Assembly (NCBI GenBank): GCA_034669905.1 | Contig: JAXMOL010000041.1 | Span: 11,934 to 75,933 of the forward strand | Source: Candidatus Hydrogenedentota bacterium | GTDB taxonomy: Bacteria; Hydrogenedentota; Hydrogenedentia; Hydrogenedentales; JAEUWI01 | Direction: 5' to 3' | DNA: 64,000 bases | Shown: positions 24,201-29,666 of the stretch, one piece after another | Layout of the letters: every line of letters begins with the position of its first letter | Position numbering within the stretch: position 1 is the stretch's first letter | Made by a program: the position numbers and the translations under genes | Notes under the pieces: model-generated | The model's database searches: none | Seen by the model: the letters and a program-made list of their open reading frames with translations, nothing else | What the model was told of the DNA's origin: nothing

Positions 24201-27200
24201 TCAGTCCCTGGGCGTGGTGGATCGGGCCATCGTGGATGTTCGCTTCAACGAAGCCATGAGCGATTTGGCCCTGGATCCGGCCAATTACACCCTCTCCGGA
24301 CCCGGCCTGGGCACGCTCAATGCCACACCCGACGGCGTGGCCCGGGTCGAACCCGGCCGCTATCGCCTGACTTGGAATGTCGGCAGCCTGGTCAACGATC
24401 AGGAGCTCACCGTAAGCGTCCTGAGTGTAACCGATGCGGTGGACAATCTGATCGGCGAAAACAATGAGGCCACGACCATCGTCGAAGGCATCGGCGTTTC
24501 TCCCAGCGTCCGCTCCGTCACCGTATTGGAAGGTCGGGCGGTCAGTGTCCAATTCAGCGAACCCATCGCGGTCGGTGCACTGGATGTGCTGAACTATGTG
24601 ATCAGCGGGTCCGGCCGCGGCACCTTGCCCGACAACCCGACCAGCGTCTCGGAATTGCCCCTCAATGATCCAGACGACCCCGATGTCATCCTCCCGGGCA
24701 ACCGGAATACCTACCTCCTCACCTGGACCGAGGGCGAAATGCTCCAGGGCGGTGATGTGACGGTGACGGTCTCGGGCGTGGAAGACAATACGGGCAATCC
24801 CCTCATCGCTCCCGTGAGTGGCACGGACCCCGGTGCCGGTATCGGCGTGGCGCCAATACTCAACACGGTAAACGTAATAACGGGCCTGACGGTCGAAGTC
24901 GTGTTTAATGAAGCCATGGGTACCGGAGCCGATGTGGCCGCCAACTATACCATCAGTGGCGCGGGCCGCGGCACCCTTAGCGCACAACCCGACAGCGTGT
25001 CCCAGACCGGAAGCGGTGTCTATCTCCTTACCTGGAATGGGGGCGAGATGCTCAACGGGGGCGACGTAACCATCACGGCCACCGGGGTAAGCGATCGCAG
25101 TGGTAACCCCATCGGCACGGCAAACACGGCAACCGATGTCAGCGCCGGTCGCGATGGCCTTATCGTGGTTGCGATACCGGCCCGCCGCGATACCACGCTC
25201 TACGAAGACGACAACGGTGCCCTGGCCAATGGAGCGGGCGCCACCTTCTTCGCCGGCACCAACGAAGACAATCTACGTCGTCGGGCGGCCCTTCACTTTG
25301 ATGTGGTGGGAAATATTCCGGCTGGCTCCATCATTAAGGATGCCACCCTGCGCCTCTACAATCCCGGCACCGTCGGCACCGATACGGCCCACAACCTGGC
25401 GCTCCACCTCCTCACCCGCGATTGGGAAGAAGGCACGGTAGACGCCGGTGAACCCGGCGCCGACGGCGCGCCTTCGGAAGCCGGTGAGAGCACCTGGCTT
25501 CACACGGTCTTTGACACGGATCAGTGGACCACAGCGGGCGGAGATTTCGTGAGTCCCGCCCGTGCCACCACCGCGATTGCGGGCGTGGGTACCTATACCT
25601 GGAACTCCACCGATCTACTTGCCGATACGCAGACGTGGCTCGACGATCCGGACAACAATTTCGGCTGGCTCCTTCTGGGTGACGAAACGGCGGCAAATAC
25701 CGTGAAGGCATTCCGTTCCGATGAACACGGCACCCTGTCTCAGCAGCCGGTCTTGAATGTGGTCTTCTCCCTCAATGGCGGCCCCGGTGGGCCGACCCTC
25801 GGCAGCATCGGCGATCAGCAAGTCAACGAGGGCGAAACGTTGAGCCTCGAGTTGACCGCCAATGATACGGGTGGCAACCCCCTCATCATCTCTTCCGCCC
25901 TGGCCAATCTGCCCCTGGAACGGGATGCCCGCCTCACCGACAATGGTGATGGTACGGCCGTCTTCCAGTGGACCCCGGCCTTCGTGGATGCAGGCTCCTA
26001 CGTGGTGACCTTTATCGCCACCCAGTCGGGTGTGGACGATCCCCTGAGTATTTCCGAAACCATCGTCATCGACGTGGTGAATGTAAACCAGGCCCCCCAA
26101 TTGGTTGACTTCGGGCCCCTGGTGGCCACCGAAGGCCAGCCCCTGACCTTCACCGCGACGGTTAACGATGCCGACGTGGCGGACACCCACACCTTCAGCC
26201 TGGTGCTGCCCGTCGATGGCGTCTCCATCGACAGCGCGACCGGCGTCCTCAACTGGACGCCCGGGTTCCAGGACGCAGGGGACGTGACGATTGGAATTCG
26301 GGTTCAGGACAACGGAACGCCGCCCCGCTCTGATCGGCAGGATCTGGAGGTAACCGTGGTGGATGCCAACGGCCCCCCCGTCATCACGCCCATCGGTGAC
26401 CAGGTAGTCGTGGAAGCGGAGGTACTCTCCTTTATCGTCACCGCGACAGATCCGGACCTTTCCGATACGCTGCGATTCAGCCTCACCGAAGCACCGGCAG
26501 GCGTTACGCTCGATGCCCAGACCGGCTTCTTCCGTTGGGTCCCGAGTATCGCGGCGGCGGGTGAACACCCGGTGACCATCACCGTAACCGACGATGGTGA
26601 TCCGGAACAGTCCGCCGAAGACCGCTTTGTCATTACGGTGGTCGATGACAACCGCGATCCCACGGCAATTACGCTGTCACCGGCCAACGTCCGTGAAAAC
26701 CTGCCGGCAAACACCATTGTCGGCACGCTGACGACGACGGATCCGGATTCCAGCGACGTGCACACCTATACCCTGGTCGAAGGGACCGGTGATACGGACA
26801 ATGGCCGCTTCAACCTCGCGGGCAATGTGCTACGTACCAGCGAGAGCTTCAACTACGAGCAGAAATCCACCTACAGCATTCGGGTCCACACGGCCGATGG
26901 TAAAGACGGTGAGTTTGCCCGGGCCATCACCATCAGCATCGTAAATCAGAATGACCTGCCCACCGCCATCGCACTCACGGGTGACGTCGTCATGGAAAAT
27001 GCTCCCATCGGCACGGAAGTTGGTGTCCTTCGTACCACCGATGAGGATGGAGCGGACACCCATAGCTATCGGCTTGTCGAAGGCGAAGGCGATACGGATA
27101 ACGGGCTCTTCGCCATCAGCGGCAACCGCCTCGTGGTCAACGGGCCCCTCGATTTCGAGACCCAGGCCAGCCATCGTGTCCGTGTTCGCAGTGAAGACAG

Positions 27201-29619
27201 CGGCGGTGCCTTTGTCGAAGCAAGCTTCCTTATCACGGTGACCAACGAAAACGATCTGGCCAACGCGGTTTCCCTTTCAAACAACCAGATCAACGAAAAC
27301 GAGCCCGCCGATACAGAAGTCGGCCTGTTTACGACAGATGACGATGACAGCGGCAGTGGCCATACCTATAACCTGGTGAGCGGTGCGGGCAGCACGGACA
27401 ACAGCAGTTTCCGCATTGTAGACAATGTCCTGTTGACCGCCGCGCCCCTCAATTTTGAAGTGCGCCGTATGCGCAGCATCCGGGTACGCTCGACCGATGA
27501 GCTGCAATCCTCCTTCGAGATGGTGTTTGACATCGAAGTCATGGATCAAAACGATGCGCCCGATGATATCTTCCTCAGTGCCAACGGGATCCTCGGAAAC
27601 GTCCCGGCCGACACGGTCGTGGGTACCCTCTTCGCCAACGATGAAGACTTGAACGACAGCCACACCTACGCCCTCGTCGCGGGGGAAGGCGATCAGAACA
27701 ATGCGCACTTCAAGATTGTCGGCGAAGAACTCGTTACGGATCGGGCCGTAGATTTCGGTAGCAATAGCGCCTTCGAGGTCCGACTTCAGGCCATAGACGC
27801 CGCCGGTGACACCGTTGAAAAAGCCTTTGTGCTGGTTAATGACGATGTGGATGGCGACGGATTGTCCGATGCTTGGGAGTTGACCTTCTTTGGCAGTCTC
27901 CAGGCAACCGCGACGGAAGACGGTGATGGTGATGGACTTACCAACCTGGAAGAATTCCGCGTGGGCACCGATCCCAATCGGGGCGACAGCGATGGTGACG
28001 GTGTCAATGACGGGGAAGAGGTCGCCCTGGGCACCAGCCCGGTCAGCAGTGCCGATGCCCCGGCCGTCCTGGAAGTCTCCCCGGCTTCGGCCACCATGGG
28101 CCGCGATGAAGGGGTGGTGACTCTGCGCATCCGGAATACCGGTAGTGCGGCACTCAACTGGCAGGCAGAAGTGATCTCGGGTACCTTTGCCGAGATTATC
28201 TCCGGCCAATCCGGGCTCAATGCAGGCGAAGTCAATGTCATGCTGAGCACCAACCTCACCGCCAACAGCCGGGCTACGGTCGTTCGTGTCAGCGCCACGG
28301 GTGCAGCCGACAGCCCCGTCGATATCACCATCAACCAGTCTGCCTGTGCTGCACCGGGTCAACCGAATGATGTGCTGGCCACGAATGGTACGCTGGCCGG
28401 GCAGGTGCGGGTGCTCTGGGACCGTGTCACCGATGCGGATCAGTATATGGTCTATCGGGGCCTTTCAACCGACCCCAATGAGGCCCAATTGATTGCCACG
28501 GTCGTGGGGACGGCATACACGGACGCACCCGCGCCCCTCACCGCCAAGCAGACCGAGGGTGGTGGTGGCTGCGTGCCCATTATTACGCCCGAACCCCAGC
28601 CGGGCAATGACACCTATCAGTATTTTGTACGCGCCATGAATGTCTGCGGGACCAGTGCTTTCAGTACGCCCGACGATGGCTTCCCTGGTGACGGTCAGCC
28701 TGCCGCGCTGCCGCTCTTTGAACCCGTCCTGCCGACCCTTGAGGCGGACAACCGTTCCCTTCGGGCCCGGGTAGATTCGGTGCTTGCCATCCGCCTGCGC
28801 CGTGACACGGCCATTGATCCGGGTTCGCTCCAGGGCGAAGTACTGCGCAGTACCGGTTCCGATACGGCCATCACCTGGCGGGCGATTGACCGCGAAGGGC
28901 TGAAAGATGGCTGGGCGCTCTACAATCCGGGTGACACGCCCTTCACGCTCGGCGAGTCGGTTACCTTCACGGTGAGTGCCGCCACGGTCGCGGGCGAGGT
29001 AATTGGCCCCTTGAGCTTCAACTTCACCGTGGAAAGCGAAGGTGAGTTTCTGGATCGCGTCGGTGCCGCGGGCATGCCGGTAGTACAGCCCGGCTACGCG
29101 GAGTTCGACGCCAGTGGTCTTGATCTGAGTCTTGAGGGGCAGGACGAGGTGTCCATCTACACCCTCAACAGCGATACCGTACCCGCCACCCTGGCAAATA
29201 GTTCGGGTCCCCTGTATGCCATCGTGCCCGACGAAGTCTTTGGGGTCGCACAGCGGGTGTGGTTGCCGCTGGAAGGAGATCTGCGGGCCAGCGACGTGAT
29301 GGTCAATTACTACTTCGTCGATAAGACAGGAAACCGAACCAACTGGTACCGGGCCGAACAGATCGTTGGCTGGTCGGATCAAAACAGCTATATGGAACTG
29401 GAATTGAATGACCAACGATACATTGGGTTTACGGTACGCCACGGCGCGTTGGTGCAGTTGAGTCAGGCCAGTGCGAAGGAAATGCCGGTCGCCGCAGCAG
29501 GACCCATCCCCGCCGGTATACTCCGGGTCGGTGGCGATGCCATTATTGCCCTGCTGCTCCTCGTCAGCTTTGCGCTGGTGTTGCCTCGAATCTTCCGGAA
29601 AAACGATCACCCCGTGTAA
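9208..29619 (+). CDS. Giant (~6800 aa) Ig-repeat surface adhesin, Bap-like
   Basis: AAGGA RBS before ATG 9208; signal peptide; head domain; 46 repeats of ~90 aa (TND.TPALTGTVDD..ATNNGNGTWTLADNT); DNRLRE-like domain; He_PIG-like/cadherin domains; DGDG Ca-binding repeats; BACON-like; Fn3; C-terminal TM + RIFRK. Confidence 0.92.
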   Translation: MRVEQRSPFATGHTRFALFAIGILFIGILCPRALAASPATLSALLSQSFSGADKVNTGNVAPSPTSTFVAVSPDNSTPPDSHGAVGPNHVLTQTNSSSRVHDRAGNLISSTGIKNFWSGLGVSDVFDPKVIYEPYIGRFVAVACAQRRSSASGMLFGMSETSDPTGNWHLWLLDGDPSNVSWVDYPNIGFISGRITFTGNLFTINDDSFTGSNIWTIDTASAADGGSLNFQLMNVTNAGGSLNPAMTYDAAETTQYIIRTGTANIFGSGRLQLYTLTGNIGSLTFATSPNSSRGDAWSISVPNAKQLGTSALIETNDTRLQNAVLRNGTLWVVHTVSLSTSVRDHAAVKWWEIEAATGLTINDGAIEDVDGAGNFDINTGKHYYFPSVAVNKDNEILIGFSGSSGEEYVSNYYTFRSPSYTAGEFDIPVRFHAGVGTYSGPRWGDYSHTVVDPVDDTTFWTIQEFAAGGNRGGNAWAQVGGDTGGGGGDTTPPQVSASSATNETTVRVTFNEPMSDNANLVNPAFYTFSGGLTASAVTRVNATQVNVTVNEMNNGTSYTVTVSTSGPTDTAGNPLSGSANTSTFTGVGTSPTVTITQTTSNPTNANSVVYNVLFSESVGSTFTSADVTVTGSLASGAAVSVSGSGANYSVTVTPSNPNAEGTLGISIGTGVSDASGNTFAGASAPTNFSVDNTAPSISVNTLLTNLTSPALTGAVNDSTATISVTISGQTFTATNNGNGTWTLPAGTLAPLSNGTFNVVATATDPAGNSSSDPSNNEVTVDNSIPTVTVNTLTTNDRTPALTGTVDENDATITVTVAGQTRSATNNGNGTWTLADGSLSTLADGTYDVAVVATDAIGNMGMDGTANELTVDSTAPVVSVTPRVTNDTRPALSGNTSDLSAPIQVSVNGQNHTATNLGDGTWTLADNTINPALAAGTYNVTVSSTDSANNTGTDSTSNELTIDVTAPTVTVNTLTTNDTTPPLSGTVNDAGATISVTVSGQTRTATNNGNGTWTLANNSLSALAAGTYNVAVTATDVAGNAGSDGTSNELIIDTTAPTVTVNTLANPTNDNTPPLSGTVNDANATISISVGGQTRTATNNGTTWSLANGALSTLADNTYNVVATATDVAGNVGTDGTTNELTVDTVAPTVTVNALTTTDATPALTGTVNDNTAVILVTVNGMSRNATNNGNGTWTLADNSLSTLPDGTYNVAVTATDAATNSGSDSTSNELVVDATVPVITLTPRTTNDNRPALSGTVDDATATVTIAVNGQNHTATNNGNGTWTLADNTINPALPDNTYSVTATATDAAGNAGVDGTSNELTIDTQTPTVTVNTRTTNDTTPALTGTVDDNSATITVVVAGQNRTATNNANGTWTLADGSLNVLAQGTYNVAATATDAAGNAGNDGTSNELTIDTTAPTITVSTLLTNDTTPALSGTVNDSTATISVTVSGQTRSATNNGDNTWTLADNSLTALGQGVFSVTARATDAAGNQGTDGSANELTIDSVTPTVTVNSLTTTDATPALTGTVSETGAAVRISVGGQSNLVATNNGNGTWTLPDNTINPALADGTFDVSATATDAAGNAGTDSTTNELTVDNTAPVVSVNTLSTNDSSPQLTGTVNDSSATIRVDVDGQTDLAATNNGNGTWTLPDNAINPALATGTYDVTVRATDGQGNVGTDGTSNELTIDTTPPIIMITTLLTNDTRPALSGSVDDNGASIVVAVAGQNRNATNNGDGTWTLADNTINPALAQGTYNVAVTATDAAGNSATDSTNAELTIDTTAPTVTVNSRVTTDTRPALSGTVNDTNAAIRVSVGGQTNLVATNNGNGTWTLADDTINPALGDNTYNVVVTATDAAGNVGTDGTSGELTVDTTAPVVTVATLATNDNRPALTGTVNDNSATITVVVSGQSNTATNNGNGTWTLADNTLTTLPDGTFEVAVSARDTAGNTGTDGTNNELTIDTTAPTISVNNRSTNDSTPSLSGAVNDASATISIQVGGNTYPATNNGATWTLADNTISPALAPGTYNVIATATDTIGNAGTDATNNELVIDTAAPTITVNSLTTNDTTPPLSGTVDDSSATVRVTVGPNTYTATNNGTTWTLNNNVISPALAPGTYDVAVTATDTVNNVGSDGSSDELIIDTTDPIITVDSLTTNDTTPELTGNVDDLTATVTISVGSQSHPATNNGDGTWTLTDGTISPTLSAGTYDVTATATDSAGNTGMDESSGELIVDTTAPVVTVNTLTTTDNRPALSGTVDDTNATISVTVGAQTHAATNNGNGTWTLADNTIDPGLSDGTYNVAVSATDSATNVGTDATSNELTIDTQAPTITVNTLVTNDTTPALTGNVDDNAATVRIVVSGQTHTATNNANGTWTLVDNTITALPDNTYNVAATATDAAGNSASDATTNELTIDTTGPMITVDSLATNDNRPELTGTINDATATITLDVGGQNGLVVTNNGNGTWTLADDTINPDLTDNTYNVAVTATDSVGNVGMDSSTNELRIDTTLNVTVNALTTSDSTPALNGTVDDATATIALTVGGQNHTASNNGNGTWTLADNTISPVLTDGTYEVVVTATDSLGNVANDATSNELVVDGSVPTVTINSLVTADTRPELTGTVSTPAATILVDVGGQTNLAATNNGNGTWTLPDDTISPDLTDGTYDVSVRATTSGTGTDSTANELIIDTTNPTVTVNTLTTNDQRPALSGTIDEPGATITVDVNGQTGLVAVNNGNGTWTLVDDTISSDLAANTYDVSVTATDAAGNVGNDATNNELIIDLTAPTVAVDTLLTRDNTPALGGSISDNNATISVNVDGQIRTAVNNSNGTWTLADNQLSPLADSTFDVSVTATDTAGNMGTDVTSDELTVDTIAPTIAVNTLVTSNNQPQLTGTINDNTATITISVGGQSGLVATNNGNGTWTLAAGTIAPALADNLYNVTAVATDGAGNTASDGGSNELRIDTTAPTVTVNTLSTTDRRPPLSGSVNDTTATVTVSVGGQTGLAATNNGNGTWTLADNTINPNLADNTYDVSVTATDALGNVGTDGTTNELTIDATAPTVSINPLTTNDNRPELTGSINDNTATIRVRVNGQTRTATNNANSTWTLADDTITPALSDGTYDVIVFGIDTLGNTSTDSSVNELRIDTVTPTVTVNTLTTNDQRPPLSGTVDDPTATITVDVGAQTGLSATNNGNGTWTLANDTIGSDLPENIYDVVVTATDSAGNAGSDGTTNELDIDLSAPNITVTSQNTNDTTPAISGSVSDNNATIEVDVAGQNNLTATNNGDGTWTLPDNTITPLAANTYSVVARATDAAGNVGTDATNNELTIDTGAPTVTVTPLTTADNTPALSGTVDDAAATISVMVGGQTHTATNNGATWTLADNTISPSLNDGTYNVEVTATDTFGNAGTDGTSGELEIDTTPPVVTVSSLTTADTRPQLTGTVNDSAATILIDVGGQTGLAATNNGNGTWTLADNTIAPALTDNTYDVVATATDALGNSDTDATTNELVILTATPVIAIDTLVTNDTQPPLTGTVDDTTATISVLLASQTYTATNNGDGTWTLADDTISPALAQGAYNVTASATNAAGTVGADSSNNELTIDLTAPTITVTTRFTQDTTPSLSGTTNDNNATITIDVDGQTGLTATNNGNGTWTLADNTITALAQGSYNVTARATDVAGNVGTDSTTPDLHIDTTAPTVTVTAISTTDNTPGLSGTLSDNIAASALTVSVNVDGQVNTAFRIGNSWFLSNGALTTLADGPHDVQVTVTDSAGNVGNDGTTNELIIDTTAPMVTVDPLQTVDNTPALTGTVDDTTATITVDVGTQTGLTATNNGDSTWTLADNTLSTLLDGTYNVSVTATDTLGNNGSDGTTDELTIDATAPVATVDTLITNDSTPPLSGTVDDTAATIAVSVAGNTFPATNNGDGTWTLADDTITPALATNTYNVAVTATDTLGNVGTDSTSGELEVDLVSPIITVNNFSTNDTTPPLTGTVDDPNATIRITVGTQTNLLAANLGNGTWNLADGRLSALVDNVYDVQAQATDVAGNVGTDMSTNELTINTEAPTVTVDTLNTTDNTPPLTGTVDDPNATIQVSVADQDHMATNNGDGTWTLADNTLTALADGHYNVFVEARDLQNNVSNDPTQDELAIDTVAPVVTLNPLLTNDAQPALNGTVDDPTAIITVDINGETGLAATNNGDGTWTLADNTVAALPHNPTGYDGVVHAVDTFGNAAVDGTTNEIQIDLVAPVITVDSLNTAEPSPQLTGTVDDTMATIMITVNGQTVEATNNSNGTWTLAGGTLNALTSGIYNVMATALDAAGNSASDGTANDLVIDTLPPVVTVDTLITTDTTPPLSGTVDDVAAIIAIELNGATYLATNNGNGTWTLADDTVAPLADGQYDVLARATDTLGNEGVDATDGELNIDTNGPTVTVNVLITNDTTPALSGTVSENGVTLVVTVAGIDYPATNNDDGTWTLADDTISPPLAEGDYNVTVVATDALGNMGADSTADELRIDTTAPTLTVTPRLTMLASPALSGTVNDPTATVVVVVDGNSYTAANIGNGTWSLVEGLIAPLTSGVYEVAAQATDPAGNVVNDTSTDELTIDLDVPAVTVDQLITNDNTPALTGTIDDPDATITVSVAGQTFPAVNNGDGTWTLADNTLTTLPDGVYNIIAVATDLAGNTDTDPSLVDDLFVITAAPTVTVNPLTTRDTTPQLNGTINQTTSTIRVTVDGQTLDAVNNGDGTWTLADNALAPLAEGTYDVDVRATDRLGNEGPDITTDELTIDLNAALITVDTLQSRDRTPALTGTVDQPDVAITIAVDGQLHDATNNGDGTWTLADNTLTPLVEGVYDVVANANGATDATVNELTIDTFGPSVLLSGPSISNTKTGPVSFSVRYDGASFIGLLESDLEVFAILDENPTVLKNAVPAQAKTFPISTATATGTVSITGTGNELRTVTISNITGDGYLGIAIIAGTALDAVGNPSPSAVSTDLVFVDNQAPGVQSLGVVDRAIVDVRFNEAMSDLALDPANYTLSGPGLGTLNATPDGVARVEPGRYRLTWNVGSLVNDQELTVSVLSVTDAVDNLIGENNEATTIVEGIGVSPSVRSVTVLEGRAVSVQFSEPIAVGALDVLNYVISGSGRGTLPDNPTSVSELPLNDPDDPDVILPGNRNTYLLTWTEGEMLQGGDVTVTVSGVEDNTGNPLIAPVSGTDPGAGIGVAPILNTVNVITGLTVEVVFNEAMGTGADVAANYTISGAGRGTLSAQPDSVSQTGSGVYLLTWNGGEMLNGGDVTITATGVSDRSGNPIGTANTATDVSAGRDGLIVVAIPARRDTTLYEDDNGALANGAGATFFAGTNEDNLRRRAALHFDVVGNIPAGSIIKDATLRLYNPGTVGTDTAHNLALHLLTRDWEEGTVDAGEPGADGAPSEAGESTWLHTVFDTDQWTTAGGDFVSPARATTAIAGVGTYTWNSTDLLADTQTWLDDPDNNFGWLLLGDETAANTVKAFRSDEHGTLSQQPVLNVVFSLNGGPGGPTLGSIGDQQVNEGETLSLELTANDTGGNPLIISSALANLPLERDARLTDNGDGTAVFQWTPAFVDAGSYVVTFIATQSGVDDPLSISETIVIDVVNVNQAPQLVDFGPLVATEGQPLTFTATVNDADVADTHTFSLVLPVDGVSIDSATGVLNWTPGFQDAGDVTIGIRVQDNGTPPRSDRQDLEVTVVDANGPPVITPIGDQVVVEAEVLSFIVTATDPDLSDTLRFSLTEAPAGVTLDAQTGFFRWVPSIAAAGEHPVTITVTDDGDPEQSAEDRFVITVVDDNRDPTAITLSPANVRENLPANTIVGTLTTTDPDSSDVHTYTLVEGTGDTDNGRFNLAGNVLRTSESFNYEQKSTYSIRVHTADGKDGEFARAITISIVNQNDLPTAIALTGDVVMENAPIGTEVGVLRTTDEDGADTHSYRLVEGEGDTDNGLFAISGNRLVVNGPLDFETQASHRVRVRSEDSGGAFVEASFLITVTNENDLANAVSLSNNQINENEPADTEVGLFTTDDDDSGSGHTYNLVSGAGSTDNSSFRIVDNVLLTAAPLNFEVRRMRSIRVRSTDELQSSFEMVFDIEVMDQNDAPDDIFLSANGILGNVPADTVVGTLFANDEDLNDSHTYALVAGEGDQNNAHFKIVGEELVTDRAVDFGSNSAFEVRLQAIDAAGDTVEKAFVLVNDDVDGDGLSDAWELTFFGSLQATATEDGDGDGLTNLEEFRVGTDPNRGDSDGDGVNDGEEVALGTSPVSSADAPAVLEVSPASATMGRDEGVVTLRIRNTGSAALNWQAEVISGTFAEIISGQSGLNAGEVNVMLSTNLTANSRATVVRVSATGAADSPVDITINQSACAAPGQPNDVLATNGTLAGQVRVLWDRVTDADQYMVYRGLSTDPNEAQLIATVVGTAYTDAPAPLTAKQTEGGGGCVPIITPEPQPGNDTYQYFVRAMNVCGTSAFSTPDDGFPGDGQPAALPLFEPVLPTLEADNRSLRARVDSVLAIRLRRDTAIDPGSLQGEVLRSTGSDTAITWRAIDREGLKDGWALYNPGDTPFTLGESVTFTVSAATVAGEVIGPLSFNFTVESEGEFLDRVGAAGMPVVQPGYAEFDASGLDLSLEGQDEVSIYTLNSDTVPATLANSSGPLYAIVPDEVFGVAQRVWLPLEGDLRASDVMVNYYFVDKTGNRTNWYRAEQIVGWSDQNSYMELELNDQRYIGFTVRHGALVQLSQASAKEMPVAAAGPIPAGILRVGGDAIIALLLLVSFALVLPRIFRKNDHPV
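11275..23815 (+). repeat. 46 tandem ~270-bp Ig-like (Bap-type) coding repeats
   Basis: Counted by hand from the recurring W-containing NNGNGTWTL motif; units are diverged, not identical. Confidence 0.9.
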
Positions 29620-29666
29620 TACGCCCCGGCAGTAATCGGGCATACCAAAGACGGATTCACGAAATC

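Noticed and set aside
12352..29643. Long minus-strand ORFs inside the adhesin (e.g. 12352-14460, 17797-20667, 28465-29643)
   Set aside because: Antisense shadows of a GC3-biased repetitive gene; no motifs or RBS.
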